A stretch of 64,000 bases of DNA, taken from positions 1-64,000 of the IMG/VR virus record IMGVR_UViG_3300005264_000079, one strand, 5' to 3'. The translations under genes were made by a program, and so were the position numbers. Below the pieces are notes generated by a model. That model was given only the letters and a program-made list of their open reading frames with translations, was not told the DNA's origin and made no database searches. Shown here piece by piece: positions 47,880 to 57,578 of the stretch; within the stretch, counting starts at the first letter, position 1; every line of letters starts with the position of its first letter. Source of the DNA: a virus (lineage: Duplodnaviria; Caudoviricetes).

Positions 47880-48075
47880 AGTATACTCTTTATCCTCATT
47901 TTTGTCAATACAAAATAAAATAATAATAATAATAGGGGTGCTATAAGATTAGGGTGGTATATACAAAAGAGGGTGGGTAGAATTTAACACCCCCTCTATA
48001 TAATTCGTAATTCCTATTATATACTTTTCTCTGTATATTAAGGGGCTTGACAGATATTTATATCCATGGTATACT
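47880..48075. promoter_or_regulatory. divergent promoter pair
   Basis: minus: TTGACA-N17-TATACT at 47908-47880; plus: TTGACA-N17-TATACT at 48047-48075. Confidence 0.75.
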
Positions 48076-48148
48076 TATATCATAATTAGTTCAAGAAGAA
48101 CGATAACATATATTTAAAAATAAGTCAATGTAAAAAGGAGAATAATTT

Positions 48149-48556
48149 ATGGGAAACAATATAGAAATATTTGAGCAAGATGATAGTATAGGGTTTACAA
48201 TGTATGACCTTGCAAAGCACTACAAAGTGTCAGTGGAAGAAATTCAAACTATTTCCAAGGAATATGGAATAGGGCTAACCACTGAGGATGGTATTGTTTG
48301 GTTTACAAAAGGAAAAAAAGATGAAGATTGCGACGTAAGTATGTTTCGCTTTTATTACAGACATAGAGATATTGAAAATAAAGTGGTTGACTTTCTTAAG
48401 AAGAATCAACCAACTACACTATATAAGATGGCTTCTAATTTGAGTCTAAGTAGAGAGAAGGTGAGTAAGGTGTTGGATGAGCTGACATTCAAAGATGGAA
48501 ATGTCTATGAGAAAAAGATTGGTGGGAATTGGTTTTTGTGTTACAGGAGGGAGTAA
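48149..48556 (+). CDS. HTH/winged-helix DNA-binding protein
   Basis: TMYDLAKHY.VS and TLYKMASNL.LS.EKV helix-turn-helix patterns. Confidence 0.55.
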   Translation: MGNNIEIFEQDDSIGFTMYDLAKHYKVSVEEIQTISKEYGIGLTTEDGIVWFTKGKKDEDCDVSMFRFYYRHRDIENKVVDFLKKNQPTTLYKMASNLSLSREKVSKVLDELTFKDGNVYEKKIGGNWFLCYRRE

Positions 48557-48560
48557 AAAT

Positions 48561-48725
48561 GGTTCAAATGTACGTGGCTGTGGCGTCAAACTATTTCCGG
48601 TTCAAATGTATGCAAATAAATGTCAAACTATTTCGGCCAAATTTAAAATTTGGCCTCAGATCGCCCTATTGTCTCATTAACAGATTATCAGACAATAGTT
48701 ATTATCAGATTGTCAGACAATAGCG
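48561..48725. repeat. cluster of direct repeats and a palindrome
   Basis: GGTTCAAATGTA-N11/12-GTCAAACTATTTC x2; GGCCAAATTT-A-AAATTTGGCC at 48635-48655; CAGATT(A/G)TCAGACAATAG x2. Confidence 0.8.
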
Positions 48726-48898
48726 AATGTCACATTCAAGAAATTATAGGCACTTATTGGATAAACCTGGTAGAATACTGCTACTAGATTTATTTATTGT
48801 TTAGTAATTTTGATATTCTGTTACATTTGTTAATGTCAGCTTGGATATATCTTTATGCCTAAACTTTAAATAATCTTATCACGGTTTATATTTTAATC

Positions 48899-48946
48899 AA
48901 AAAAAATGCCTTTATAGTTAAATTCTATAAAGGCATTTTTTTTTTT
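48899..48946. terminator. bidirectional intrinsic terminator
   Basis: A8-TGCCTTTATAG / CTATAAAGGCA-Tn stem. Confidence 0.8.
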
Positions 48947-48955
48947 ATTTATAGC

Positions 48956-49207
48956 TTATATATAAGTCAGTGAAATATGTGGATTTTGCAATACAGTCAT
49001 AATATTAATACTTGCTTGCTCTTTCCAAGATTCATCCGCCCAATCGAAAGACTGAATTTCTGATAATAATCGTTCAATTTGTTCCACTTTTGTTTTAATG
49101 TCCATTACCTCCCAGGTTAAATCCGTCGATGATTGCCATGGAAAGTAATACTCATCATTACAATCGCAATTTTTTTCATTATTCCAATATGTTAAATTCA
49201 TACTCAT
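48956..49207 (-). CDS. small acidic hypothetical protein
   Basis: GAGGT RBS. Confidence 0.55.
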   Translation of the reverse strand: MSMNLTYWNNEKNCDCNDEYYFPWQSSTDLTWEVMDIKTKVEQIERLLSEIQSFDWADESWKEQASINIMTVLQNPHISLTYI

Positions 49208-49613
49208 TTATTTACCTCTTTATCTCTTTTATTTCTTCAAATTTTTAATTTGAATTTGTAAGCTTTTATTTTTTTCAATTTCTTGGATATGTTTATCCAT
49301 TAAATTATAATTGCCTATTATCATACCTAAAAAATAAGCAATGAAACACAGTAAAAAAATGAATGCTATCAAATTTTACCTCCTTTTTTTATGCTCCGTT
49401 CAACGTCAAATTTTCTTATTATATTTTTTAAAATGTATTTTTTTGACTTTCCTGGTGTTTTAATTTTTTCAAATGAGGGCAAATTTTCAGCCTGAAAAAT
49501 AGTGATTTTTGACATAATAAATTCCTTGTAAATTTTATTTAATCAAATTTAATTGATTAACAAAATTCAAGAATTCAAAATTGAATTCTTGAATAAAATT
49601 AATAAATTAATTT

Positions 49614-50240
49614 TTAATTATTCCCAAGAATTTTCATTCCTTCTAAAATTTCCACATCATTACAAATTTCTGATATGACACTATCTAAAAAGATAGCTTG
49701 TCCTGAGCAAGTGCGACCCCAGTAATAGCCACTACCATAGTCCAGAACTGGTTCATTTTTTTCTTTCAATTTTTCAAAAAATTCCCGTGAAACATTCCAC
49801 CACTCTAAAATTTCAGCGGGTTCATTTTCTTGTTCTTCAAATTCTTGTTTTTCCCTTTCCATTTCGATTGACAAATTTTCGAGATTATCAATTCTATTAA
49901 AAATTATTTTATTACGGTAGTCGGTTAGCAAATTATTTTCATAAAATTCTTTATAGTCAAAAATTATTGCGTCAAGTTTAGAAATTTCATCCTCTAAAAT
50001 TTCTAAGCTCTTTTTTCGGTCTGCCTCATTTCCGGTATAGTCAGAAATGAATTTACCGGAAAAATCAGGATACCGGAAAAAATTAGAGATATCGTCGTAT
50101 TGTGGTAAATCGGAATCACCGACCTGGTAGGATAAAGATAGTAATTTTGCTATCTCAAAAGTAGCACAACAATTAATCTCTCTTTGTATGAATTTTCTTT
50201 TGATTTCTTGATTTACAGTGGAATTGTGATTTTTTGCCAT
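49614..50240 (-). CDS. conserved phage early-type hypothetical protein
   Basis: EI.EWW.VS.....L....EPVL......WGRT..GQAI.LD.VI..I motif; first gene after the leftward promoter. Confidence 0.7.
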   Translation of the reverse strand: MAKNHNSTVNQEIKRKFIQREINCCATFEIAKLLSLSYQVGDSDLPQYDDISNFFRYPDFSGKFISDYTGNEADRKKSLEILEDEISKLDAIIFDYKEFYENNLLTDYRNKIIFNRIDNLENLSIEMEREKQEFEEQENEPAEILEWWNVSREFFEKLKEKNEPVLDYGSGYYWGRTCSGQAIFLDSVISEICNDVEILEGMKILGNN

Positions 50241-50272
50241 TTTTTTTGGCTCCTTCGACTTGATATACTTTG

Positions 50273-50438
<166 letters not shown>

Positions 50439-50468
50439 AATAAGTATCTTAATAAATAAGGAATTTAT

Positions 50469-51152
50469 ATGCGCACTGAAGAAATTAAAATTTACAGATT
50501 TGAAGAGCTTAAAAAAGAGAGTCAGAAGAGAGCAATAGAGAGGTATAAGGATGCCGATATTTTTCTAGATTTTTTTGTTGGTGATTGGGAGCATCAAATT
50601 TCTGAAATTGGTTTTATTGACCCTAAAATTCGCTATAGTTTGGGCTATTGTCAAGGTGATGGGGCTAGCTTCACTTTTGATACAACTCAAATAAATAATT
50701 TTAATTTTTCAAATTCTTACTTTTCAAAAATTAGAAAAGTAATAAATAAATTTTATATTGATATAAATAATCTTGATTTTTTAGATAGGGAACAAAAAAA
50801 AGAAATTTACGCCGATTTATTAGCTACGGAAATTCCTTGCAACGTTGGTTTTCATCGCTATAGTCATCATAAAACCGTATCATGTAATGCAGTCGAATTT
50901 CATGACTATAATTTTTACACTGATGAGGAAGAACTTACACAATTTTATTTTCAGCATAAAATTTTAATGGATTTTATAGACAATTTTCAAAATGATATCG
51001 AAAGAGAATTTACTTTTTTAATTCAAAAAATCGGTAAAGAAATTGAAATTTCAGGGTATGCTGAAATTGAATATCAAAATTCTGATGGATATATCCAAGA
51101 AATGATTATACGTAATGATTACGAATTTTTAGAAAGTGGGGAAATTTATTAA
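50469..51152 (+). CDS. acidic phage protein of a family often annotated antirestriction
   Basis: IY.FEEL....Q.RAI, CQGDGASF, Y...I.E....N.YEF.E.GE pattern. Confidence 0.55.
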   Translation: MRTEEIKIYRFEELKKESQKRAIERYKDADIFLDFFVGDWEHQISEIGFIDPKIRYSLGYCQGDGASFTFDTTQINNFNFSNSYFSKIRKVINKFYIDINNLDFLDREQKKEIYADLLATEIPCNVGFHRYSHHKTVSCNAVEFHDYNFYTDEEELTQFYFQHKILMDFIDNFQNDIEREFTFLIQKIGKEIEISGYAEIEYQNSDGYIQEMIIRNDYEFLESGEIY

Positions 51153-51207
51153 AAAATTATTGACATTATTATTTTATTATTGTATATTTTTTGTGGGAGA
51201 TAAAAAA

Positions 51208-51330
51208 ATGAATATTACAATTTTTTACAATATTTTAATTATTTTAGGGTTTATTAATATCCCTTTAATCATGATACTAATATATAAAATTGAAAATTAT
51301 TTTAATGGGAGAATAAAAAATGGAAAATAA
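51208..51330 (+). CDS. small membrane peptide
   Basis: own promoter at 51160-51188 (TTGACA-N17-TATATT); one hydrophobic helix. Confidence 0.5.
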   Translation: MNITIFYNILIILGFINIPLIMILIYKIENYFNGRIKNGK

Positions 51331-51979
51331 ATTTGACTATAAAAAAATCATAGAAAACTTAAAAAAGAATTTTACTGCTGAGGAAATGAGGGAAATTTCA
51401 GCAGAAATTTTAAATTCTGATATTGAATACAGAAAATCAGAAGAATACTGCGAAAATTATATATATGATATTGATAATTCAGAGTTGCAAGTACGAAAAG
51501 AAACTTTTGAAAGTCAAAAAAACACCGATAGAAAAAAAGAGATAGTAGAAAAATTATTAGATAATTTTTCTACTGACATTATCGATAGTATGGAATTTAA
51601 TTATTATGATGTGGGAACACCTTTTTACCGTGTAACAGAAGATATTTATTTTCAAATTGCAAATTTGAGTGAAATGGAAATTCCCATTCCTGAAGATTTA
51701 CAGGAAATTTTTAAAAAGTCGCTATTATCCGAAGAAATAAAAGAGGATTTAGAATTTGAAACGAATTTGACTATAAACAATGACTATAAGTACGGGTATT
51801 ACGATGTCTCATATGATTCTATTGTATACGGAATTTCATACAATGACTTTTTAAAAGAAATTTCAGAAAATTATATATCAGAAGAAGAACACCAGGAAAA
51901 AAAAATTCTGATTCAGGAATTTATAGGATTAGTGGGAGAAGATAAATTTAATTCTGAAATACTGGAAAAATTTACTTGA
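51320..51979 (+). CDS. acidic hypothetical protein
   Basis: GGGAG RBS; visibly D/E/Y-rich. Confidence 0.65.
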   Translation: MENKFDYKKIIENLKKNFTAEEMREISAEILNSDIEYRKSEEYCENYIYDIDNSELQVRKETFESQKNTDRKKEIVEKLLDNFSTDIIDSMEFNYYDVGTPFYRVTEDIYFQIANLSEMEIPIPEDLQEIFKKSLLSEEIKEDLEFETNLTINNDYKYGYYDVSYDSIVYGISYNDFLKEISENYISEEEHQEKKILIQEFIGLVGEDKFNSEILEKFT

Positions 51980-52033
51980 CTATAATATAAATTCCGGTAT
52001 AATTATATTATCTTAATTGTAAAGGAATTTTAT

Positions 52034-52270
52034 ATGAATGTTTTAAACAGAATAGAACTTTTTAGTAATGAGATTGAAGAATTAGCAGGATACTTTCAGG
52101 ATGTAACCATTCTAAAAATGATTGCTAATAATCTTTGTGATGACTACGCTATTTTGAACACTGCTAATGGTGTAATTTTGGAAAGAGACACAGGAGCGGA
52201 GAAAGCTTTTTTTAATATACTTGTTCCTTTTGACAAATTAATAAGTATACTAAACGAAATTAGTCTATAA
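52034..52270 (+). CDS. hypothetical protein
   Basis: own promoter TTGACT-N16-TATAAT at 51976-52003; AAGGA RBS. Confidence 0.65.
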   Translation: MNVLNRIELFSNEIEELAGYFQDVTILKMIANNLCDDYAILNTANGVILERDTGAEKAFFNILVPFDKLISILNEISL

Positions 52271-52276
52271 GGATTA

Positions 52277-52308
52277 TTATTCCCTTGATAATAATATCAA
52301 GGGAATAA
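52277..52308. other. perfect 14-bp-stem hairpin
   Basis: TTATTCCCTTGATA-ataa-TATCAAGGGAATAA. Confidence 0.75.
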
Positions 52309-52323
52309 AAGGAAAGGAAAAAA

Positions 52324-52614
52324 ATGAAAAAAGAAAATTCAGCTTACGAAATTTATGTCACATATTGTTATAGTAGTAATACTTTCAATATTCCTGAAAA
52401 TGGAATTTTAAAAAATCCTGAAAATGACAATAAAATTTGTTTTGAAAATAAAGAAATTCCGTTAAAAATAATCGATGAATTAAATTCTTATGTTTATTAT
52501 TTAAATCATGGAGAACAAGGACGGCCTGAATATAAAGTCAGGAAAGTTAGAAAAAATTCTAACATGGATTTATACGAGTTCTTTTCGTATGATGATTTTT
52601 TTTATTATTATTGA
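52324..52614 (+). CDS. hypothetical protein
   Basis: AGGA RBS; YYL.HGE..RP.Y pattern. Confidence 0.6.
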   Translation: MKKENSAYEIYVTYCYSSNTFNIPENGILKNPENDNKICFENKEIPLKIIDELNSYVYYLNHGEQGRPEYKVRKVRKNSNMDLYEFFSYDDFFYYY

Positions 52615-52669
52615 CTTAATAATCAATATACTCTATAATAATTATATAGTATATTGATAAGGGGAATTT

Positions 52670-52897
52670 ATGAAAATTAAATCAGATGAATCCAGGTTGA
52701 AAATAGCGGTTTTAATATTAAATCAAGAAAATACCAGCAGTGAACAGCGAATTCACGCTTATAGGATTATTGACAGTATTACCTGTACAAATAATAGAAA
52801 TTACGAAAAAAATATAAATTTTTTGTATGGTATTGATAAGCAAATAGCACAGAATACAATTATTAATAGGTCTGTTGCTATTGATACAATTTTTTGA
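52670..52897 (+). CDS. hypothetical protein
   Basis: own promoter TTGACT-N17-TATAAT at 52611-52639. Confidence 0.6.
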   Translation: MKIKSDESRLKIAVLILNQENTSSEQRIHAYRIIDSITCTNNRNYEKNINFLYGIDKQIAQNTIINRSVAIDTIF

Positions 52898-52974
52898 TTA
52901 TTGACAGAATAAAGGATATTGTTATTAATATCTTTTATTATCTTAATAATTTTTTTTAGTAGGAGAACTATAAA

Positions 52975-53307
52975 ATGATATTTTATGATAAAGATACGGC
53001 AATAGAATTTAGAGCAAAAGCAATGGAGGAAATGAATTCTTTTATTTTTGATATAATGAAAAGTGTTAGAAAATATCCGAACGCCAGTGATGACAGTGTT
53101 AAAAGTCATATTGAGCAAAAAATTCAGCATGAATTACCAAAAAATTTGAGTATTTTATTACACCGTTCAGGACTTGTATTCCCAGCTGATGGAAGCGGAA
53201 TTTACCCCGTAAATTTATATTATGATGATATGGATAGGAATGATAATGTCATCATAAAATTTGATGGTTTAAACGGTGGTATTAAAAATGGAGAAATTCA
53301 CACTTAA
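52975..53307 (+). CDS. hypothetical protein
   Basis: TTGACA at 52901; AGGAG RBS. Confidence 0.6.
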   Translation: MIFYDKDTAIEFRAKAMEEMNSFIFDIMKSVRKYPNASDDSVKSHIEQKIQHELPKNLSILLHRSGLVFPADGSGIYPVNLYYDDMDRNDNVIIKFDGLNGGIKNGEIHT

Positions 53308-53454
53308 TTTTTAAAAGGAGGAATATAAAAATGATTTGTATCAATATCAAAAATAAAGGAATAGTGGAAACTGTCAACGAATTCAAAACACGAAACAATG
53401 CTAATTGTTTTAGATGAGGCAGTGTTTTAATCAAATAGATTTTAGAGGTTGGGA

Positions 53455-53489
53455 GGATAACACAATAATCTGTATTATCTCTTTTTTTT
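53455..53489 (+). terminator. hairpin/terminator, copy 1
   Basis: GGATAACACA-ataatc-TGTATTATC followed by a T run. Confidence 0.6.
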
Positions 53490-53558
53490 AAATTTATATT
53501 GCATTCTTTTAAAATAATGTTTATACTGTTTATAACGTTAAATAAAGGAAGTATAAAA

Positions 53559-53894
53559 ATGTATGTAGTAAGAAACACTATTTGTTCCTGTGGAAATGAT
53601 ACATATAATAAAAGTAGTAATGAATGGACTTGCTGCAACTGCGGAAAGAAAACACCAAGAACTTTTCGTAACAAGAAAGCAAGAGATATAGAAGCCTGTT
53701 CAGACTATGAAATATTTATAAGGTATTGTACTCCTTCACAATTAAAGCACGTAGAGGACATTAATAGCAGAAATTATCTAACCTTTGTGCAAGGAACTGT
53801 ATTATGTGGATCTGCTTTTGTTATGTTTAAAGATGATTTAGGGTTTTTGCAGTCTTTTGAGATATCAATCAGAGGGAAAAAACGTAGTTTATGA
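53559..53894 (+). CDS. Zn-ribbon hypothetical protein
   Basis: CSCG...CCNCG; AAGGA RBS. Confidence 0.55.
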   Translation: MYVVRNTICSCGNDTYNKSSNEWTCCNCGKKTPRTFRNKKARDIEACSDYEIFIRYCTPSQLKHVEDINSRNYLTFVQGTVLCGSAFVMFKDDLGFLQSFEISIRGKKRSL

Positions 53895-54035
53895 TTAATG
53901 TTATTTTAATGCTAAGTTTAAGATTAAACATAAGAAATAAGGAAGTAAATATGAAAATTTACAACTAGAAATTAGTATCGCTCGAAAGGAATTGCAATTG
54001 TATAAGTAACAATAGTAATAACAAAATAATATGAG

Positions 54036-54071
54036 AATAAGGATAATACAATAATCTGTATTATCCTTATT
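54036..54071 (+). terminator. hairpin/terminator, copy 2
   Basis: AATAAGGATAATACA-ataatc-TGTATTATCCTTATT. Confidence 0.7.
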
Positions 54072-54983
54072 TTATTATATATCATATATGGTATATCCCT
54101 TTATGTATAGATCATTCTCTATTATCATAATGATAATGACATATCATTCTATTATCATAGTAATAATAATAATTCTTATATATAAAGATAACAATTATTA
54201 TGTTATTAAAATCTCTCATCCCTTACATTCTAATACACCCTTCACATACAAAAAATAATAATCAATTGTTTAACTCTGTATTCCCCTGTTGTAAAGGGTG
54301 ATAAAAAAAAATAAGGAATATAAGGTTACCACATAATAAAGTAAATATATATAGTATAAATAATTAGTTTATTAACGTATATATAAAAGATTGAATTCCC
54401 CTATATATAAGTAGTAAATAAATAAGTAAAAGAATAGGGGGAGAGAAAGATAATAAAGAAAGAACAAAGAAGAAAGAAGAATAATAGAAGGTGGAGGGCG
54501 TATTCATAGTCAATCGATTGACCAATCAATCTTGCCTTGTCTTCTCATATGATAATAATAATAATAATAAAATAGTGTGATAATATTACCTTATCACACA
54601 AGTTAGATAAATAGTATGGAGTATACTACCAGGGTAGGAGTTCTGAAAACCACTACACATATGATAAGGTCTTGTGCTCATGTGCGTTGTATTTATCCAA
54701 AATTTAATATATTCTCTCTATAAGGCTTTGATATCCCACTCTCACAATAGTATTAAGGGTGGGTAAGTATTAGAGGGGCACCTTTATATATGCAATTAGT
54801 TATTGTTGAAATTTTTTTTAAAAAAAGTATTTCTTCTTTTTCCCTATAAGAGGTTAATACTTCTCATATGGTGTAAGCTTAGCTTTTGAGGATGGAATGA
54901 AGAGAGTAGTATTAGTGAAGAATTACCGGAAGGGTTGACAGATATTTGTTTTCATGAGATAATGTAAAGATAAGGAGGATGGA

Positions 54984-55204
54984 ATGAATGAATTGATTAA
55001 GATGGAAGAGAGAGATGGGATTGCTACAGTGAAAGCAAGAGAAGACTCTCTGATTGGATTAAACAGAGAATTGAAACTTATGGGTTTTAAAAGGAAGAAG
55101 ATTTTACGATTCACAAATTTGTGATTGGTAAAGCAATGTGCAAAGATTATTATGTTTCAATTGATATGGCTAAAGAATTGTCTATGGAGAATAAAACAAA
55201 GTGA
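54984..55204 (+). pseudogene. AntA-type antirepressor pseudogene
   Basis: MNELIK.EE..G..TV.AR, frameshift, then LSDWIKQRIETYGF*..DF..KDYYVSIDMAKELSM; promoter at 54935-54963. Confidence 0.8.
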
Positions 55205-55880
55205 AAAAGTTTGAAGTGGGAAAAAAGTACAAGTTTATAGCTGAGAAAAGCAGTAGTGAGACAAAGTTCAGATGGGGATGAAGCACTGATATGGATTTTT
55301 TATGCAATGGAAACACTGAAGAGGTTATTGCAATAGTAGCAAATAGGGTATATTTAAAGGCCATACAGGGGATTGGCATCTATCTACAGAAGATTTTGAG
55401 GAGGTGGGGTTTGATAAGAAGAAAGAATAGCAGAACTTGAGCATAGGGTAGCAGAGCTGGAAGCGACCAAGGAACTGAGGTATCCGTGTGTAGTAAGGCT
55501 TAATGACGGCAGAGTAGTTTTGAGGTATTCTAAAACTAACAGCATACAATTAAATGGCAGTTATAGAGAGTTTGGTGGCAAGTATGACAGATATGATTTC
55601 ATCAATCGGACTACACCATTCAATGGAACAATTACATATAAAAATGGTAAGCCCATTAAGACAGAGATAAACATTGAATAAAGAATAAGAATTTGTACAA
55701 TGGCTAAAACATCTTTCCATATACAGCGTTAGAGATACAATTGGGTAAAGATACCCCCAAAGAGCTGAAAGATGGGCTGAGAAGGATATATGAGGACGTG
55801 GAGAGGCAATACAGGAATGTTTCCCACTCACAAAATCTGTACAGCTTTTAGATGAGAATGATAGGCTTAGAGGTATTATC
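55201..55880 (+). pseudogene. string of decayed gene fragments
   Basis: MKKFEVGKKY..W.*STDMDFL; headless EERIAELEHRVAELE..NIE*; further broken frames. Confidence 0.55.
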
Positions 55881-55886
55881 ACAAGT

Positions 55887-56099
55887 ATGTGTAATTGTAG
55901 ACATTGTACAAGAAATTATAGCAAAGCAAAGTCTTTAAAGGAGGATAGTTTGGTAAACTTTTTCAATAAATACATATTAGGTATATTTAGGGTATGTCAT
56001 GGGTGCAAAACACAAGATGGCATGGATTGTAAATATTGTATAAGAAATGGTAAAAGCCCCAGAACTGATAGAAAAGATATGTGGAGAAAAGATGGATAG
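55887..56099 (+). CDS. Cys-rich hypothetical protein
   Basis: C.C..C, C..C, C..C. Confidence 0.45.
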   Translation: MCNCRHCTRNYSKAKSLKEDSLVNFFNKYILGIFRVCHGCKTQDGMDCKYCIRNGKSPRTDRKDMWRKDG

Positions 56100-56340
56100 G
56101 AAGAGTGAAGTAGATATTTTATTTAAGGAAGCTACACGAGGAATTGAGTTCCGAGAGGATAAAACAAGTGATGTGGCTTTATACTGGTTTAAAAAAGGAT
56201 ATGATGCAATGGTAGCTCAGAAGGAAGAGGCAATATCTCTATTACAGAATGCTCAATCCACATACACTAATTATAGTGAAGAAGATGTTGTATGGTCGGA
56301 AAGATTAGAAGCTGTGCTGAAGAAAGTAGATCAGTCGTAG
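56047..56340 (+). CDS. hypothetical protein
   Basis: ORF; start possibly at MDRKSE. Confidence 0.55.
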   Translation: MVKAPELIEKICGEKMDRKSEVDILFKEATRGIEFREDKTSDVALYWFKKGYDAMVAQKEEAISLLQNAQSTYTNYSEEDVVWSERLEAVLKKVDQS

Positions 56341-56349
56341 GGAGAAAAT

Positions 56350-56574
56350 ATGGATAAGAATGGATTGATAAATCAAGTAGATGAATATCAAGAGTGGGCT
56401 AAACTTCCTCTACAGGAAATACTTGACATAGTGGCAACAGATTACAGGGGGCTTAACTTGACAAACATACATTTTGTATTTGATCATCAGATAGCAAGTA
56501 TTAAGAGAATATGTACAGATGCTATTGGGTATATTGAGATGTTAGAGGAACAAGCAATCCCAACTAAAAACTAG
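56350..56574 (+). CDS. hypothetical protein
   Basis: GGGAG RBS. Confidence 0.6.
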   Translation: MDKNGLINQVDEYQEWAKLPLQEILDIVATDYRGLNLTNIHFVFDHQIASIKRICTDAIGYIEMLEEQAIPTKN

Positions 56575-56921
56575 TTGGGATTTAGAAGTTAGATTACAGA
56601 CATTACAAACACGGCCATAATAATGGTCATAGTTGTAATTATCCCACAAGAGATAAGATACATTTTGTTTACTTCCATAATGATTTCTCCTTTTATTTGG
56701 TTTTGGGATAATAGTACACCTGTATTAGATTTTTGTCAAGGAAGGGTTTATGAAAAGGGTAAAGTGGGAGTTTTTAGGTTAATCTCAGATTGTTTTGATT
56801 ACTGAATTGCAAGACAATAGGCAAAAAGTGAACAGAATGAAGAGTGCTGTTATCATGGGGAAATCACTTGAAGAAATTGATAAAATATATGCAAGCATAA
56901 ACTTGTAGAAGGAGGATAGGA

Positions 56922-57578
56922 GTGTTTACATATTATGAAACAAATGGTGTGGGAAGAGATTTTGTTTGCGGAGATATACACGGATGCTATACTGATCTAT
57001 ATGCAAAATTAAAAGAGGTGGGGTTTGATAAGAAGAAAGATAGGTTATTTCCGGTAGGGGATTACACGGATAGAGGCCCTGAATCGGAGAAAGCCTTGGA
57101 GTTCCTTAAGGAAGAGTGGGTATGCCCTGTAATGGGCAACCATGAGTCTATTATTTTACAGTGCTACCAGTATAAGACATCTCCGGCACTTTGGCACATG
57201 CAAAATGGTGGTATGTGGTGGTATAAAACATCACCAGAGTTCAAAGAAGAGTATCTTACAGTAATTAAATCTCTTCCTCTTGCTATTCAGGTGGGAGAAT
57301 ATGGTATTATTCATTCAAGGCTCCCAAGATATGCCTCTTGGGGTGATTTTGTTAAGCACCCTTCAGATTTCCAGGAATACTTGTTGTGGGAAAGAAATGA
57401 ATTTTGCTACGATATTACTGATATTGATAAGGTATATGCCGGACATTCCATTCATGATGAGATTGTTGAGTATGGAAATGTTATTGATATTGACACAGGG
57501 GCATTTCTAAAGTATTGTGATGGAGAAGAGGGCAAACTCACTGTTCTTGAATTAAAGCATAAGGAGAAAACATGTTAA
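56922..57578 (+). CDS. Ser/Thr protein phosphatase (lambda NinI-like metallophosphoesterase)
   Basis: GDIHGC, GDYTDRGP, GNHE, GH, IDTG. Confidence 0.92.
   Translation: MFTYYETNGVGRDFVCGDIHGCYTDLYAKLKEVGFDKKKDRLFPVGDYTDRGPESEKALEFLKEEWVCPVMGNHESIILQCYQYKTSPALWHMQNGGMWWYKTSPEFKEEYLTVIKSLPLAIQVGEYGIIHSRLPRYASWGDFVKHPSDFQEYLLWERNEFCYDITDIDKVYAGHSIHDEIVEYGNVIDIDTGAFLKYCDGEEGKLTVLELKHKEKTC

Noticed and set aside
49220-49370. Apparent homopolymer frameshift in a small membrane ORF
   Set aside because: On recount the A7 run keeps the frame intact.
54576-54598. CRP-binding site (TGTGA...TCACA)
   Set aside because: The spacer is 13 bp, not 6.
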